64,000 nt of DNA from Ascidiella aspersa (taxonomy: Eukaryota): contig OZ004610.1 in NCBI GenBank assembly GCA_963924565.1, positions 32,426,001 through 32,490,000 of the forward strand, given 5' to 3'. Below the pieces are notes generated by a model. It did no database searches, was not told the DNA's origin, and saw only the letters and a list, made by a program, of their open reading frames with translations. The translations under genes and the position numbers were made by a program. Position 1 is the first letter of the stretch. Each line of letters starts with the position of its first letter. Shown here piece after piece: positions 1-12,400 of the stretch.

Positions 1-372
1 GTTTTATTTTAAGTTAAAATGTTTTTTAAGAAAGTGTATAAATCTTGAGTTAGGTTTTTGTGCAACACACCTCGTATATCTTATCATCTGACGTTTTACA
101 TTCTTGGTTAGTTTGAGATCGAAATGTTAAACAAACCATACATAGTACCCCAGGTGACTTATAAAGTATTATGTTTTAATGTATTTATTTATTTATTTAT
201 TTAAGGAGTCATGGACATTTGGCCAATTTAAAGCCCCAAAAAATCCTAATTTAAAACAATCATACATTTCAATCATAAAATAATACTGAAATAAACAATT
301 CGTTAAGTATATACTCTGCAACATTTTTGAGTTAACTCTAAATTGAAGAAATACCGGCACACAGTTTCCTAC

Positions 373-484
373 CTTTGCATTGTCGTTGACGTTTCTTCGC
401 TCTCCGCCGAAATGATTGACAGGTTTTCACGCTCGACTGCGGTCCTGTCCACTGATGTTTTATCCTCATCGCCGAAGCTTCCAG
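373..484 (-). CDS. KCNT1/2: KCNT-like exon 15 (acidic inter-RCK linker)
   Basis: ttttcag|..[36 protein letters not shown]|gtagga; phase fits exon 14. Confidence 0.7.
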
Positions 485-3400
485 CTGAAAAGTAAACCGC
501 GATTTAGCAATTGCTTTTGCACGAAAGCGTTAAACCAGAAATCATTTAAAAATCCAATTAAATGCTTCAAATGAGTTGAAACAAGGCGATTATTCGTCGA
601 AACAAAACAAAAAATTCTCCTAAACGCTTTTAGCACGTAAATAGAAATAAATTTAAAAAAATAGAAAGAAATAGAAAGAAATTTTAAATCGTTTAAAAAT
701 AATAAAGATCCTTTTAGGTTAGCTTATTTTTAGGTTAGTTTTGACAGAAGAAAATATTTAATAATCACCAAACTTATGTTGAAAAATTAACAGTACAAAA
801 AACCTGATTTCCAACGGTTAGAGTTAAGGCGAAATATTTTTTGTCGCAGAAATCGTCGGAGTAAATTTACAACAGTTAGAGAAGCTGTTAGTTTGAATAA
901 TGTTCTCATTTTATTTCTGTTAAAACTTCCGTTGTTTTTGGTGGAAATGGTACTTTTCACCAGAAAGCTGTGATCTGTGCAACTGTTTTATTTTTCCATT
1001 GCTATATCTATTCAAACATAGAAATCACTAATTACAAATAATCGATTATCTGTTAAACTCTTCTTCCTACATGATAGTTGTGAGCTGTGATGCGTGTCCC
1101 TCCTGCTTCCAGCTGCTCCCTCCGCTCCTCTCTCCTCATCATCCACGATGATGGCGTCCTCCTCACCGGTTAGGCAGATGTAGAAGAGCAAGTCCTCCGG
1201 TGCAATGAAGAACTCGTTCCCTGGGTTGACAAGGACCTCGCCTGCTCGTTGGACCGCGAATAAAGTGGCTCCACATCTACGAGTGGGATAAAAAAGGGTA
1301 AAAGAGTGATTTAATATTTAGAGTTAGCGTTTTCAAATGAGTTGTGTTGATATATACTAATTAAGTACTTAAGTGTCAAGTACACCTAATTTAGAGTTGA
1401 CTTATGTACACTTAAGTCATTGTTTTTAACTTGAGTTGACTTATGTACACTTAAGTCATTGTTTTTAACTTGAGTTGACTTATGCACACTTAAGTCATTG
1501 TTTTTAACTTGAGTTGACTTATGTAGACTTAAGTCATTGTTTTTAAAAAGTTTAAGTATATCTGCGAGTGGAAAAAAGGTGAAAAGAGTGCTTTAATGAC
1601 TTGAGTCAATGTTTTTAAATAAGTTGACTTTTGTGCACTTAAGTCTCTGTTTCAAATTATTTGACTTAACTTAAGTTTACTTAAATAACTGAGTAACTCA
1701 GTTGGTACTTAAGTAACTCAATTGACTTGACTTCGATGACTTGTCTTAATGCACTTAAGGCACAGTTTTTAAATCAGTGCATTAGACTAAGTTACTAACT
1801 GAAATGAGTTAACTTGACATAAGTATTGACTTAAGTCAGTGTTTTAAATGAACTGACTTGCCTTAAGTGCACTTAAGCATTTACAAATGATGAAATTACG
1901 AGTTGGCGATCATCTGCTTACTTTGATTGGGCGAGCAACGAAGCGTGACTGAACTTAAATCCAAGATAAGCGCCAAAAAACTTGCTCTCTCGCGCCACCA
2001 CGCTGTAGATCTCGTTTCCCGCGCTTCGACCAAACTCACGCTTCCATTCTTGCTTCAGGTTGTTCCCCTCTCTGGAGAAATAAAACGGAATTTAGTTGGA
2101 CTAAGAGAAATACAAAGCCCATTTGGAAGACCGAAAGAAAAACTTAATTGGGAGATGTAAATGTGAGTATAAATGTTAGTCAAGCTTTACTATTACGTAG
2201 CCTGGTATCTTCATACCAGATAACATAGAAAAATATGCTACAAAAGCATAGAAATTATGGTAAATTTGAAGATACTTACATGTGTACGGGGTCTAAGATT
2301 AATTTAACATTGTTGCTGAAAGCGTTTAGTTATAATGAGGACAATATAATGTCATGTCTTTTATTGAAACGTTTAAGCAATGACACCAACCCCTGCACGG
2401 GCACTAGTGTTAATTTTATGTCAGTAGAGTTTTAAGCCAACGTTTTGTTGTTCGCAAAAACAATGTATGGTTACCACTGAAAAAAAACTAATCAATAAAT
2501 TTTCCTATTAAAAAAAGTTCATAAAAATCAGTACCTGCAATAGACACCACAAGATTTAGAAAAATGAAAAATAAAAAAATATACGATTATAGCATATTTT
2601 GTGTTATTCATTCACTAAACCTAATGCACTTTTGCTCATATTACTACCGACATAACACTGTAAAATAGTTTTCCCAAAAATGTCAAAAACACAGGCATAA
2701 AGTAATTCGTAGTTTAAAAAACGATTATAATATTTTTGTATTATTAATAGATTAAACCTGCCGCTTATCACTGTAAAAATTACTCCCTTAAATATTTGAA
2801 ACAGCTAAACAAGGTCAGAAACAGGCATAAAGTACACCGTAGTTTACTTACTGTCCTTTTGATGTGTGGGCAAGTAACGTTAGTAGTGTTGAAATTGCTG
2901 GGATGAAGCTGTTCATTGCAAGTAGAATGTATTTTAACTCGTCGTCGCAAATTACCTGGAGAAAAATTTACATTTTTTAAATTCAGCCAACTTTGTTTTT
3001 ATTTTCGAAAGGACAATAAGGTCATTAGCTATAAACATACCCTAAAGAACTCTGAATATTAGTTAAAAAAATTGGGAAAACGGAGTTTCTATTGATGAAA
3101 TTATAAGAAAATCTTTTTAAAATCAATAATCTACTATTTCGCGAAATTAACCCAAAATGAACACATTTTATGTTACAAATTAACGATTTTGTTTTTCAAA
3201 ACGTTTACTTAATGTACACCTAATGGGCCAGCAAACATCTTTTTCCTCAATTCAAAGGAATTAGTCACCGTTTAAAAACCCAATAGAAAAAATAAAAAAA
3301 GAAATGTTAAACTGAATTTCACTTGTATTGTATACCATATTTTACATTTCTTGAAAACAGAATGATAAAATAGTGGTTTAAAATATTATTAGGCAGAGCT

Positions 3401-6400
3401 TTACGTTCATCCACATCCACATGCTTTTTTTACACATTTTAAACGTTTGACGTTAAATACAGATTTAGGAAACTCATTAGCCTCATTATTTTATTATTAG
3501 TTTGCACAAAAATTCGTTTCTAAAAATAAATACACTTACTCTGTCGGCGAACTGAACGTGAATTCTGCTTTCCGATCTTAAAATCTGAACGTAGAGTGGA
3601 CATCTGGGCGCGAAGTCCTTTACCGCCATCGTGCGGAGGATCGTTTTCTCGTCGGCCGCCACACGGTCGCGCTCTTGTCGCGAGGTGAGAATAAAGCAAG
3701 CCTCCGCTGCGTCAGCTCTAATCAAATCAAGTTGTAATCAATAGGTTTTTACCCGAGAGCAACCTTTCAGATTAAAGTCGAACTTGATAAATAATTGCGA
3801 AGCGAAAAAGGTCGAGTAGATCGACATCATCTTGATTAAGACGTTTCAAAAAGAGCTTGTATCATCTTCAGTAAATGTCACTTTCTACTTGAAAACTGGC
3901 AATGCCTTACAGGCAAAATAAATATTTCTGGAAATTTTAAGAATTTATTTTCTGTTTTATCTTTTTTTTATAAACAGTTTAATATCATCTAACACGAAAA
4001 CATGAATCTCTCTTTTACATTTGATTATTTGCGGGAGAATTCAGTTTTTCAGCTTTCATTTCTAGTTTGGCCTAATGAAGCACGGTTGAGAGAAAGCTTA
4101 ATGAAGACAAATAAATTTCTACTTTGACCTGAGAGCACAGGTTGTTCAAAAGCCTGTCGAGATTTAGTAAAACTTGTCTTTAAACAGTGACCTGATTACC
4201 TTTATAAAAATAACCATATTCAAAAAAGGTCACTTACTTGACTCTGGTGAGGTCTTTCTCGCGTAGCACCGACCCCTGAATATAGATGACCCTCTCCGCC
4301 CAAATTGGGACCTGTAGGAAGCTTTTAAGGGGCCCGTCCAGCTCACAGGGGGAAAGGAGAACCACGTAGTACTTTTGTAGGCTCGGGTGTGCGTAGAACT
4401 CGTTCAGGAACTCTAGGATCACGTCCATTCGTAGAACTGGAGAGAACCGTTAAAAATTGATATTAGTGGTTGGAGGTTGTATTAAGACGTAGGGTGAACA
4501 TTGAAGCCCATACTGAAGTAGAAAGCATTTTGAACATTTCGAATTATTCTTTATTTGTTGGAGACTTTTATTTCATATAAAATGCTACCAACTTTCTTAT
4601 GGGCTTTGATATTCTTCCTACGTCTTATATACTTAAGTAAGCGACGTCAGAAAGGCTAGATCAGAGTTGTTGTAGACGCATGTGTGCATCTTTCATTAAA
4701 TGATGATATGGGTAAATCCCCTTCAATATGTTGCTTGTACTAACATAATGTGGCAAGCATTGGCAGTATGGTTGTTTCTCGACTCATCCTTTTTTTTTTT
4801 TTTTTTTTTTTTTTTATTGATTTAACGACAATCAGGTGGCAGTCTTACGACTGAAGAAAACCTTTTGTCGCGACACCAATTACAGCGAGTAACAAACAAT
4901 TTTAAGGAACAACACGTAATAAATTAATACTGGACACTGGAAAGAAATTGCATCAAAATCTACGAGAAGCTAACAAAAAGTCATGTACAGCGTTAAATAA
5001 AATGAGAGATTCAGAGCAAATTAAATCAGGATGTCCAAACAGAATGTAATTCAACAAAGTAGCATTAGACAAGGAAAACAACGCAGTCGGTGACATTACA
5101 GAATTATCGACAAGCAGTGAACACTCTATCCTTTCTGGGCCTGTGTAGCTCAGTTGGTAGTTTTGTCGAGGTCACGAGTTCAAACCTCACTACAGGCCAG
5201 TTGTTTCTCTAACCTTCCTTGCTTGCATCATTAATCGACAGACTTGGTAAGTTTGTCAAAGGTTACCGGTGTAGTGGAGCACGGTTGAAACACAATGCAA
5301 ACCACAGAAAAACAGCACGGAAAAAACGAGTTTTTCGCGGTTTTGTTGCTAAATGCTTCAATTTAGCTTTTTTTAACATAAGTTTGTGGAAAAGATGATA
5401 CGACTTGACGTGGCGGAATTTATCGACCAACTTAAAAAAAGCATAATTAGATAAAAACAAAAATTATAAAAATCCTCGATATAATCCGATCGTAAAACTA
5501 AATTGAAGTGAGAACATTTGCATAGAACTGCAAACCAAAAAAATTAAATGCAAAGTTTGTACAGTTGTTCATCACTCACCGGTTGCGCACACCACAACAT
5601 GCTTCTCAGTCTTAGCTCGTTGTCTGCTATATTCGCCTCCTTGTTTCTGTCGTTCTGACCAAAGAAACGAGATCTCCTCAAGCTATCAAAACAACAACGT
5701 GAAGTTTAAACCCGACAGCGGTTGAAAAATTGTGTTCCTACACAAGGTTGGCACGTATTGGCTGAAAGCAGTGATGTACCAAACGAAAAACGGATAATTA
5801 GTTTGCATAGTTAAAGGGCAAATTTTCGTGTTAAACTTGACTGCCTTTCGAAAAAAAGGGAATTTCCAGGCGGAATTTGTTACCAACACGCTTAGATTGG
5901 GAAATTAATTTCAGAATCAAATCTTTGTGGTTCCAAAGTGCTTTTTTAACTCTCCCTCAGCTTTCGAGGCTTTTAGACAACATTAGATCAACTTTCACGG
6001 ATTTTCACTTTTCAAAATGATTCGGCTATTGTTTCGAGGTGTTCTTATAAGTTTCTCACACAATTCTACGAAAAAATTTTTAACACATTCAGACTTTTTA
6101 TTATTAAAGACCTAAAATTACTTTATTTAATGTTTACTTAATTTTTTTTTCACTTAGTTCAGAAAAAAATCCCTAAATGACATCAAAAAATACCAATAGT
6201 TGAAAGAAAGATTGTTTCGCAACGGCGCCTTCTAAACCTATAGCTTTAGCTGCAAATAAGATAAATTTACAGAGTATTCAAAGATGTTGTAGCATAATGC
6301 CTGGAGGTTGTAGTTAGACGTAGAATGAATATCAAAGTCCGTTTAGAAGTGTGTAGCACTCAAAACTTTTCGGAAAACATAAGGTTTTAATGACCTTATA

Positions 6401-9400
6401 GTTGTTATTGAAGGAGTTTTTAATACGCAAATCACGACATTCAAACACACTTTAAATTCAAAGGCTTTATGGTAACCCTATAATACGTTCTCTCCTTAAA
6501 ACAAGCGTTTACTCATAAAAACTCAATCCAATTCCAACCTGTCCTGGAATAATGCCGAGAGCGACGAATATAATGATGATGACGAGTAGTTTTGACGGCC
6601 AGATGGTCGGTGTGATGTCACCGTATCCCACAGTACTGAACGTTACCACAACAAACCAGAATGCGTCGAACAAATCCATGTGAAGCCTGCCTGCTCGCTC
6701 CAAATGCTGGACACCGCATATGCTTGGAAGGAACAAATATGTTATGTCAGCGTTTTTTGCGTTTTTTATGAAAAAAAAAAATAATTACCCCAAACACCAT
6801 TTGGGAATTTAAACGAATTATTGGCTTTTTATTACAGAAGTCTAAATTCAAATTGGGCCAATTTATCGATTTCCATACATTACACAAATCTTCTAGTATC
6901 CAATTGGGGCCATAAAACAACGTTTGAATATTATTTCGACAAATATCAGTTTAAATCCTTGTTCCCCAACATAAATATCTTTTCAATTGATTCTGCTTCA
7001 ATATTTTATTTACTTTTAATGTACGCATAATCGCATATGCTTGGAAAAACAAAAAAAAATAAGGCCAGAGTTTGTTTTTTGCGTTATTTACAAATCTGTT
7101 TTAGTTTTTTATGGAAACAACTTTCAGAGGAGCTCTTTCAAGTTAATATGCCGTTTTAGTTAAACCCTTTTGCCTTGTGGCTTTCTTTTCATTGAAGGAA
7201 CGTATTCTAGAAACACCGCATATGCCTAAAAAAAAACAAGTTACGGAAAGGTCTACAAGTCCAAACAATAACGCTTTATTACATCCCCACAATATTTATG
7301 CAAAAACATACACGTTTTAAAAAAATTAGGATTTACTCACCAGGTTATAAAAAGACACAGCAATGTGGCCACTAAAACGCAAACTTGATTGAACATTGCG
7401 CTCTGTTGCTTATGCGCAGCTCGATGAAGATCGTTCTGCAAGCAACATTTAAATGTATAGCTATAGCGTATAGCTTTGGAGCACAATGGTCGGAGGTTGT
7501 AGTTAGACGTAGTAAGAATAGCGGAGCCCGTACAGAACAAGGTAGCATTTTGTGAAAGTTTCGGATATTTGTTTATTCATTGAAAAAAAAAATGATACCT
7601 ATACTTTTGCATGGGCTTTGATATTCTGATTAAAATGATATTAACGATTAAATATTATTTTATCTATATAGAATTCATATTAAAAAAATATAATATAGCA
7701 ATTTGCAATGTTATAACAACATGCATTGGTGAGAAGGCACTATACATACTGTTAAGGCAGACTGCAGAAAAGAAAGAAACAAGGAGAACACCAGCATCTA
7801 AACCTGGTTAGTTGCATTATCTAGATCAGGGTGGTCCCAAATACTGAAATTGTTTGGTTATGATCACACTTTTCCGGTTATACCATGAACTAAACCAGTT
7901 TCCTACTTCTTACCCAATTCGGATATATTTTTTTAATGTGTTTGACCGGTTTGTGAGAAGCCACATTGCGTCGTATATGGAACTCTCCTTCTAAATTTTT
8001 TTTCGCGCTTCGCGCACACAATTTTACCTAGTCTCATACCATTCGAATTTATCTACGCACAAGTCCGACGATAGCAGCAAGTTTCTGGAGCTTATATGTC
8101 TTTCGATGTTACTTTGTGACGCCATCTTAAACATTTCATGTCCCGACCAAACGATGCAGTCAGCCTTGGACCACCCTGTTCTAGATTCTTCAAAACACCT
8201 CAATATCCCCACTTACCATCATACGTTCCAATCCCGCTTTGGCAAGCCAGATGTTGAGAAACACAGGAACGAACAAGCATTGTAGTGGAGGCCAGAACAC
8301 CTGTGTACAAAATATCGGCGTAAACATTTTCTTCAAATCTCCAAGCCAGCGACCACAACATCAGCTTCATTGCAAATGTATCAGGCATGGACGAAATTTG
8401 TGAGTTCGAACCTCAGTACAGGTTATTTGTTTTTCTAGCCTTCCATCATTGATCGACAGATTCTAATGGCATGCGATTGCTTACGGTGCACCCGCCTGAA
8501 TAAGTCTTAAATCCTAATTAACATGATAAGACTCAAACCAAATTAAGACCCTAACCCAGTGGTTCTTAAACCGGGGTACATGGACCCCTTGGGGCTCCGT
8601 GAACTAGTTTTAAGGGGTCCGTGAAGGCCAAAGTGAAATATTAATGTGTATTTTATTTTAGGAAGTAATAATTTTTTCTAAATAAAGAAATTAGTAAAAC
8701 GCTTTTACACTGAATGTATTTAAACTATTTTTTTCACATTTTGTGGACCGAAAACTTATTTCTAAAGTCTATTTGTACTGTGACATCAATTTATGACGTC
8801 ATTTTTGAAAAATTCTTGCTTACCGTGGTCCACGCGAAGAAAAACAAAATTTTAGGGGTCCGCGGTGAAAAAAGTTTAAGAACCTCTGCCCTAACCTGAC
8901 GTAATTAGACCAAAACCTTGCGGAATAAGCCCTAAACTCACCAAAACAACTCCTAAACCCGTCTGCATAGATTTTAAATCCTAATTAACATCTAAACGCG
9001 TCGTAATAGTACAAGGACTTTGGTCTAATTGCTGGCCCCGTTAACTAATCAGCCACTTACTGTTGCAATGAAGGGCAAACTGCAGCAGATCTCCAGGAAC
9101 CAGTCGACGCTTATAAGTTGCTGAGCCAGGTTTCCCTTGTAATTCGCAATCGTGTTGATGATCTTGTGGACGCAACTAACACAAGCAAGGATTACCTGCA
9201 TAGAATAAGGTAAAGGTTTGTTGAAAGTGGTTTTAAAGTCATTTTGTTAAAGTAGAAAAAACGACAACAAAACATGTTGTCTACTTGGGAATTAAATGTG
9301 GAACTTCTGATTAAAAGTAAGTCATAGAAATGCCTCAAAAGACGTTTGGTATGACTTAGAGATAAACCAGGTGAAAAAATACCTAATCAGTTTGAATTTT

Positions 9401-12400
9401 AAAATTAATTATTTACTCACAATTTTTTCGATTTAAGTCGTTTTCCCAAATGAAGCGTGATCAAGATAAGTAAAACATATTCGAATATTGTTTCAATTTT
9501 AGAAAAATCTAGGTAACCTTAGGGAAATGGGTCTGCTGAAAATTGTAAAACTTAGGTGCTTAAACGTTTAGTAACTAGCGGTCCAAAACAAGTTTTGGCT
9601 AAAAATCTTGTTTCAGGCATTTTGCTTTATAAAATACTTGCGATTAATCGCAAAGTTTAGAATATCTGTCCTATGGATAAATATGTTGTTGCTACCAGGC
9701 ATAGTATATTTAAAATAGGTTCGTCTGGCGTATATTTCTTCAACCAACGTTTCGGCTTACTATACGGCAAGCCTTCGTCAGAGACTGACACACATAACCA
9801 ACAGGACGCAAAATAAAATATCTGTCCTATAGGATTTAAATTCACGATGTAATTTGTTAAGGGTTATAAAAATGAACACATTTTAGCAGAGCGGCGACGG
9901 TCAATTTTACGGATATATATCTGCATTGAATAGGGTTTTTTATACTTGTACTGCAGACATTTTTCTAGACATTGATGTTACGTTGGTTAAAAAAATATAT
10001 GCCAGAGGAACCTATTTTAAATAGACATTGATGTTGTTATTTTTGTTAGGCTATAGCCAAACACAATCGGTTGACAAAAGGTTAAAGTCAAATGATTGTT
10101 TTCCTGGTTACCTAACCAACCAGCAAGTATGTTTACGATGAAATTTGTTCAGATCCCGTTGCTGTTTTTAAACGTAAACAAAAAATGTCTCGTACGTTTT
10201 AAGGTGCACTTGTACATCGGCGCGAAATGGCCATTAATAATTAACAACCTATCACCTGATGCGGAAACCATATTGAAACGCGTAACGAGAATTATCTTAC
10301 CGGTGTCAAATTGTCACGTCATTTGGCCGGTTAAAAAGATCAGTTTGCAAAACGCATTTCTAGATTGACTACGTTCAATCTCTAATTATAAACTAATGTT
10401 TAAAACTTGGCTGAAAGCATTGATTCATCAAAAAGTGTGGCCAATCCTGAGGTATATGTTTGCTCCAAATCGGGGCTTCCAAAATTTTTCACACTGCGAC
10501 CCCTCTTAAGTCATTAAACCTTTCCGCGATTCTTTAGTTTTAACAGGTTAAAACATTAAATTTCTTGCTGTCTGCTTTGTCACGCACTTGTTGAAGTAAT
10601 GTGAATTTTGAGGGTTTTCTTTTGCATTAAGTTTGCCGTTAGCATATCAAATAGAAAAAAACTAACATTTAGATCAAAAAAGTATATACGGACTCACTCG
10701 CGGCTCCCAGTTTGTGAAACCCTATAGTCTAAATATAATTATTTAATTTTTATTCAAAGTAGTGTTATTATTTATATTTAAAGTAATCATCAATGACTGA
10801 CGAGGTAAAAGTTGCCAAGATACGAAAAGCAAACAATAACAGGCCCAAAAAGCAAGAAGTCATTTTGAAAGAATGTTTCGATCGCAAGTTTTAAAACTAT
10901 TTTGGCAGGGCGTGTCAAAAGTAATCATGGACTCTTAGCCTAATTACACTTGTCACTACCATTTTTTATCATCTTTTTAATATTTGGCCTCATAACTTGG
11001 CCAAATCCAGAGGTAGTCTGCTTTTTTCCTATTTAACCGTATAGAAAACAGAGTGCCGGCTAATTTGGGAAAAAGGCTGGCCATTTTATATCATGCCTGC
11101 CTACAAGATGTGTTTACATTACAAAGGTGCCATTGTGGTGAAATAAGACTCAGGCCCGTTGCCATTAATATTTCATAACAAAAGGGCCGAGGTCTTGCCA
11201 TTTTTAAGTTGCTTTCGTAATCGTTATTTCGCACTGACATCTGCCTGAACGAAAATGTAATATCGAGGCTATAGTTGGGAAATTTAAGTATATGCCAATT
11301 CTCCGAAATTAGATGGCTTAGCCTGGCCTTGAACGTCTTACCTTTGGCATTGAGCATACAAAGGATATTACTGCTGTAATTACTTAGGTCAATAGCTTGC
11401 CTTAAGTAAATTTAAGTCACTGTTTTCAAATGATTTGACTTGAATTAAATAGTTCGTGCACCTCAAAAATATCGGCTGATAAAAATCGATACAACAGTCT
11501 ATCTCCAATGTTTAAATTGTTACATAAGTATAGTGGCAGTTGTGAAAATTGTTGTTAAAATACAAAAGAAATCGAAAATAAGAATCGAAATAAGCATATA
11601 GCCACGATGCCTTTGCATCACAGAATTTCACGTACGTCTACGGACATGTCACATACGGATCAACGCAGCTTGTCTGCGTATTTTTGTCAGTTTTTCTATT
11701 GTTGCCTAAATATAACAATTTAAGTAAACATCAAGCCATGTAGCTTTCACTTTTACCTAAACGCATATAATTTTACGCACGTATACGGACATGTCACGTA
11801 CGTATACGGATTAAAAGCAACTTGTATTCCTGTCTTTGTCGGTTTTTAAGTAAACATCTGGCCATGATACCACTTTTATATTGAAACGCATATAAATTTA
11901 CGTACGATTTACGTATACGGACATGTTACGTACGTATACGTATACGGAGCTCACCTGCACGAGCCAGATGGGCGTCATCCGATCGACCCAGAAGATGGTT
12001 TGCCACGAGAAGTTGTACTGCGTCAGCCACGATGGATTCACACCGGTTGAACGGAAGCTCGTAACGTTGCGCGTGCACATGCCGCAACTAGCGATGTGAA
12101 AATAATACCAGAAGCGTTAATATTACAACGTAAATATGTTACCTGAAGACAGAGGTTCTTAACCTTTATCTCTTGCAACACATTTGAAACATGTTGAAAA
12201 TGAATAAAGAGTTATTCGAAACGTTCAAAATGATACCTACTTCTGTATGGGAAAGTAGATATTCTTATTACATTTGAAAAGGTTTGATGGACTGGTCACC
12301 AGGGCTGTGTAGTCGGACTCGGGGACTCGGGTAAAACTTCGTATGACTCTGATAAACTACCCAATTCCCGAGTCCGACGTGCACATGCGCAATGCCAAAT

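Noticed and set aside
1393-1548. Regular 39-bp partly palindromic repeats resembling a CRISPR array
   Set aside because: The units are contiguous with no unique spacers, there are no cas genes, and the context is a eukaryotic intron; it is a minisatellite.
5138-5199. tRNA gene
   Set aside because: It is only 62 nt, the anticodon arm and D-stem 3' strand are missing, the T-stem is mismatched, and the downstream body is repeated elsewhere, so it is a SINE head.
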